Origin: Eledone cirrhosa
Taxonomy: Eukaryota
Reading direction: 5' to 3'
Length of the DNA stretch: 64,000 nt
Assembly (NCBI GenBank): GCA_964016885.1
Contig: OZ024756.1
Span: 10,726,001 to 10,790,000 of the forward strand
Both the position numbers and the translations under genes were made by a program. How positions within the stretch are numbered: position 1 is the stretch's first letter; the number at the start of each line of letters is the position of its first letter. The notes under the pieces were generated by a model, which worked only from the letters and a program-made list of their open reading frames with translations, ran no database searches and was not told the DNA's origin. Below are positions 61,301-64,000 of the stretch, piece by piece.

Positions 61301-64000
61301 CAGATGAGAGGTTGACCTCAGAGGAGAGGTTGACCTCAGATGATAGGTTGATCTCAGATAAAAGGTTGACCTAAGAGGAATGGTTGACCTCAGATGAGAG
61401 GTTGACCTCAGAGGAAAGGTTGCCCTCAGAGGAAAGGTTGACCTCAGATGAGAGGTTGACCTCAGAGGAAAGGTTGACCTCAGAGGAAAGGTTGACCTCA
61501 GATGAGAGGTTGACCTCAGAGGAATGGTTGCACTCAGATGAACGGTTGACCTCAGAGGAAAGGTTGACCTCAGAGGAAAGGTTGATCTCAGATGAGAGGT
61601 TGACCTCAGAGGAGAGGTTGACCTCAGAGGAATGGTTGCACTCAGATGAAAGGTTGACCTCAGAGGAAAGGTTGACCTCAGATGAGAGGTTGACCTCAGA
61701 TAAAAGGTTGACCTAAGAGGAATGGTTGACCTCAGATAAGAGGTTGACCTCAGAGGAAAGGTTGACCTCAGATGAGAGGTTGACCTCAGAGGAATGGTTG
61801 CACTCAGATGAAAGGTTGACCTCAGAGGAAAGGTTGACCTCAGATGAGAGGTTGACCTCAGATGAAAGGTTGACCTAAGAGGAATGGTTGACCTCAGATG
61901 AGAGGTTGCCCTCAGAGGAAAGATTGACCTCAGAGGAATGGTTGACCTCAGATGAGAGGTTGACCTCAGATGAGAGGTTGACCTCAGATGAGAGGTTGAC
62001 CTCAGATGAGAGGTTGACCTCAGATGAAAAATCGACTTCAGAGGAAAGGTTGACCTCAGATGAGAGGTTGACCTCAGATGAGAGGTTGACCTCAGATGAA
62101 AGGTTGACCTCAGATGAAAGGTTGACCTCAGATGAAAGGTTGACCTCAGAGGAAAGGTTGACCTCAGATGAGAGGTTGACCTCAGATGAGAGGTTGACCT
62201 CAGATGAAAGATTGACTTCAGATGAAAGGTTGACCTCAGAGGAAAGGTTGACCTCAGATGAGAGGTTGACCTCAGATGAAAGGTTGACCTCAGAGGAAAG
62301 GTTGCCCTCAGATGAGAGGTTGACCTCAGATGAGAGGTTGACCCCAGATGAAAGGTTGCCCTCAGAGGAAAGGTTGCCCTCAGATGAGAGGTTGACCTCA
62401 GATGAAAGGTTGACCTCAGAGGAAAGGTTGCCCTCAGATGAGAGGTTGACCTCAGATGAGAGGTTGACCTCAGATGAAAGGTTGACCTCAGAGGAAAGGT
62501 TGCCCTCAGATGAGAGGTTGCCCTCAGAGGAAAGGTTGCCCTCAGATGAGAGGTTGACCTCAGATGAGAGGTTGACCTCAGATAAGAGGTTGACCTCAGA
62601 GGAAAGGTTGACCTCAGATGAGAGGTTGACCTCAGAGGAGAGGTTGACCTCAGATGAGAGGTTGACTTCAGATGAAAGGTTGACCTCAGATGAAAGATTG
62701 ACCTCAGAGGAATGGTTGACCTCAGATGAGAGGTTGACCTCAGATGAAAGGTTGACCTCAGATGAAAGATTGACCTCAGAGGAAAGGTTGACCTCAGATG
62801 AGAGGTTCACCTCAGAGGAGAGGTTGACCTCAGATGAGAGGTTGACCTCAGATGAAAGGTTGACCTCAGATGAAAGGTTGACCTCAGATGAAAGGTTGAC
62901 CTCAGAGGAATGGTTGACCTCAGATGAGAAGTTGACCTCAGATGAAAGGTTGACCTCAGATGAAAGGTTGCCCTCAGAGGAAAGGTTGCCCTCAGATGAG
63001 AGGTTGACCTCAGATGAGAGGTTGACCTCAGATGAAAGGTTGACCTCAGAGGAAAGGTTGCCCTCAGATGAGAGGTTGACCTCAGATGAGAGGTTGACCT
63101 CAGATGAAGGGTTGACCTCAGAGGAAAGGTTGCCCTCAGATGAGAGGTTGCCCTCAGAGGAAAGGTTGCCCTCAGATGAGAGGTTGACCTCAGACGAGAG
63201 GTTGACCTCAGATGAGAGGTTGACCTCAGAGGAAAGGTTGACCACAGATGAGAGGTTGACCTCAGAGGAGAGGTTGACCTCAGATGAGAGGTTGACTTCA
63301 GATGAAAGGTTGACCTCAGATGAAAGATTGACCTCAGAGGAATGGTTGACCTCAGATGAGAGGTTGACCTCAGATGAAAGGTTGACCTCAGATGAAAGAT
63401 TGACCTCAGAGGAAAGGTTGACCTCAGATGAGAGGTTGACCTCAGAGGAGAGGTTGACCTCAGATGAGAGGTTGACCTCAGATGAAAGGTTGACCTCAGA
63501 TGAAAGGTTGACCTCAGATGAAAGATTGACCTCAGAGGAAAGGTTGACCTCAGATGAGAGGTTGACCTCAGAGGAGAGGTTGACCTCAGATGAGAGGTTG
63601 ACCTCAGATGAAAGGTTGACCTCAGATGAAAGGTTGACCTCAGATGAAAGATTGACCTCAGAGGAAAGGTTGACCTCAGATGAGAGGTTGACCTCAGAGG
63701 AGAGGTTGACCTCAGATGAAATGTTGCCCTCAGATGAAAGGTTGACCTCAGATGAAAGGTTGACCTCAGAGGAATGGTTTACCTCAGAGGAATGGATGAC
63801 CTCAGATGTCAGGTTGACCTCAGATGAGAGGTTGACCTCAGATGAGAGGTTGACCTCAGATGAAAGATTGACCTCAGAGGAAAGGTTGCCCTCAGATGAG
63901 AGGTTGACCTCAGATGAAAGGTTGACCTCAGAGGAAAGGTTGCCCTCAGATGAGAGGTTGACCTCAGATGAAAGGTTGACCTCAGAGGAAAGGTTGCCCT
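43304..64000. repeat. 18-bp satellite (ggttgacctcagatgaRa / ggttgacctcagaggaaW), more than 20 kb, about 1150 monomers, runs off the window
   Basis: Directly visible; 6-aa period on both strands; scattered stops and 10-bp deletions. Confidence 0.98.

Noticed and set aside
43269-63245. Very long ORFs (LTSDER)n, (LRSTSH)n, (VNLSSE)n, up to 1058 aa
   Set aside because: An 18-bp monomer without stops in three frames; open on both strands, broken at random by stops and 10-bp deletions; no unique termini.

Overview
AT-rich, repeat-saturated animal DNA with no host gene that I can support. The SINE/LINE repertoire and (TA)n/(CAT)n/(CA)n microsatellites suggest an octopus or other cephalopod; this is an inference. 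Contents: tRNA-derived SINEs, several RTE-clade LINE fragments (one with an intact 543-aa RT ORF carrying a PHD-like finger), two R4/Dong-like LINE relics, a 3'-truncated Tx1/L1-like LINE, and nine tandem arrays ending in an 18-bp satellite of more than 20 kb. Two patterns are not explained by the ORF track. (1) Many short fold-back elements sit in (TA)n tracts and carry type I hammerhead ribozyme motifs plus Penelope-like RT and GIY-YIG fragments; several fold back exactly at the ribozyme stem II hairpin. (2) Most tandem arrays, including the large satellite, can be traced to a short piece of the retroelement in which they sit. The long repetitive ORFs in the track are read-throughs of these arrays. 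All alignments and folds were done by eye, so boundaries are approximate.
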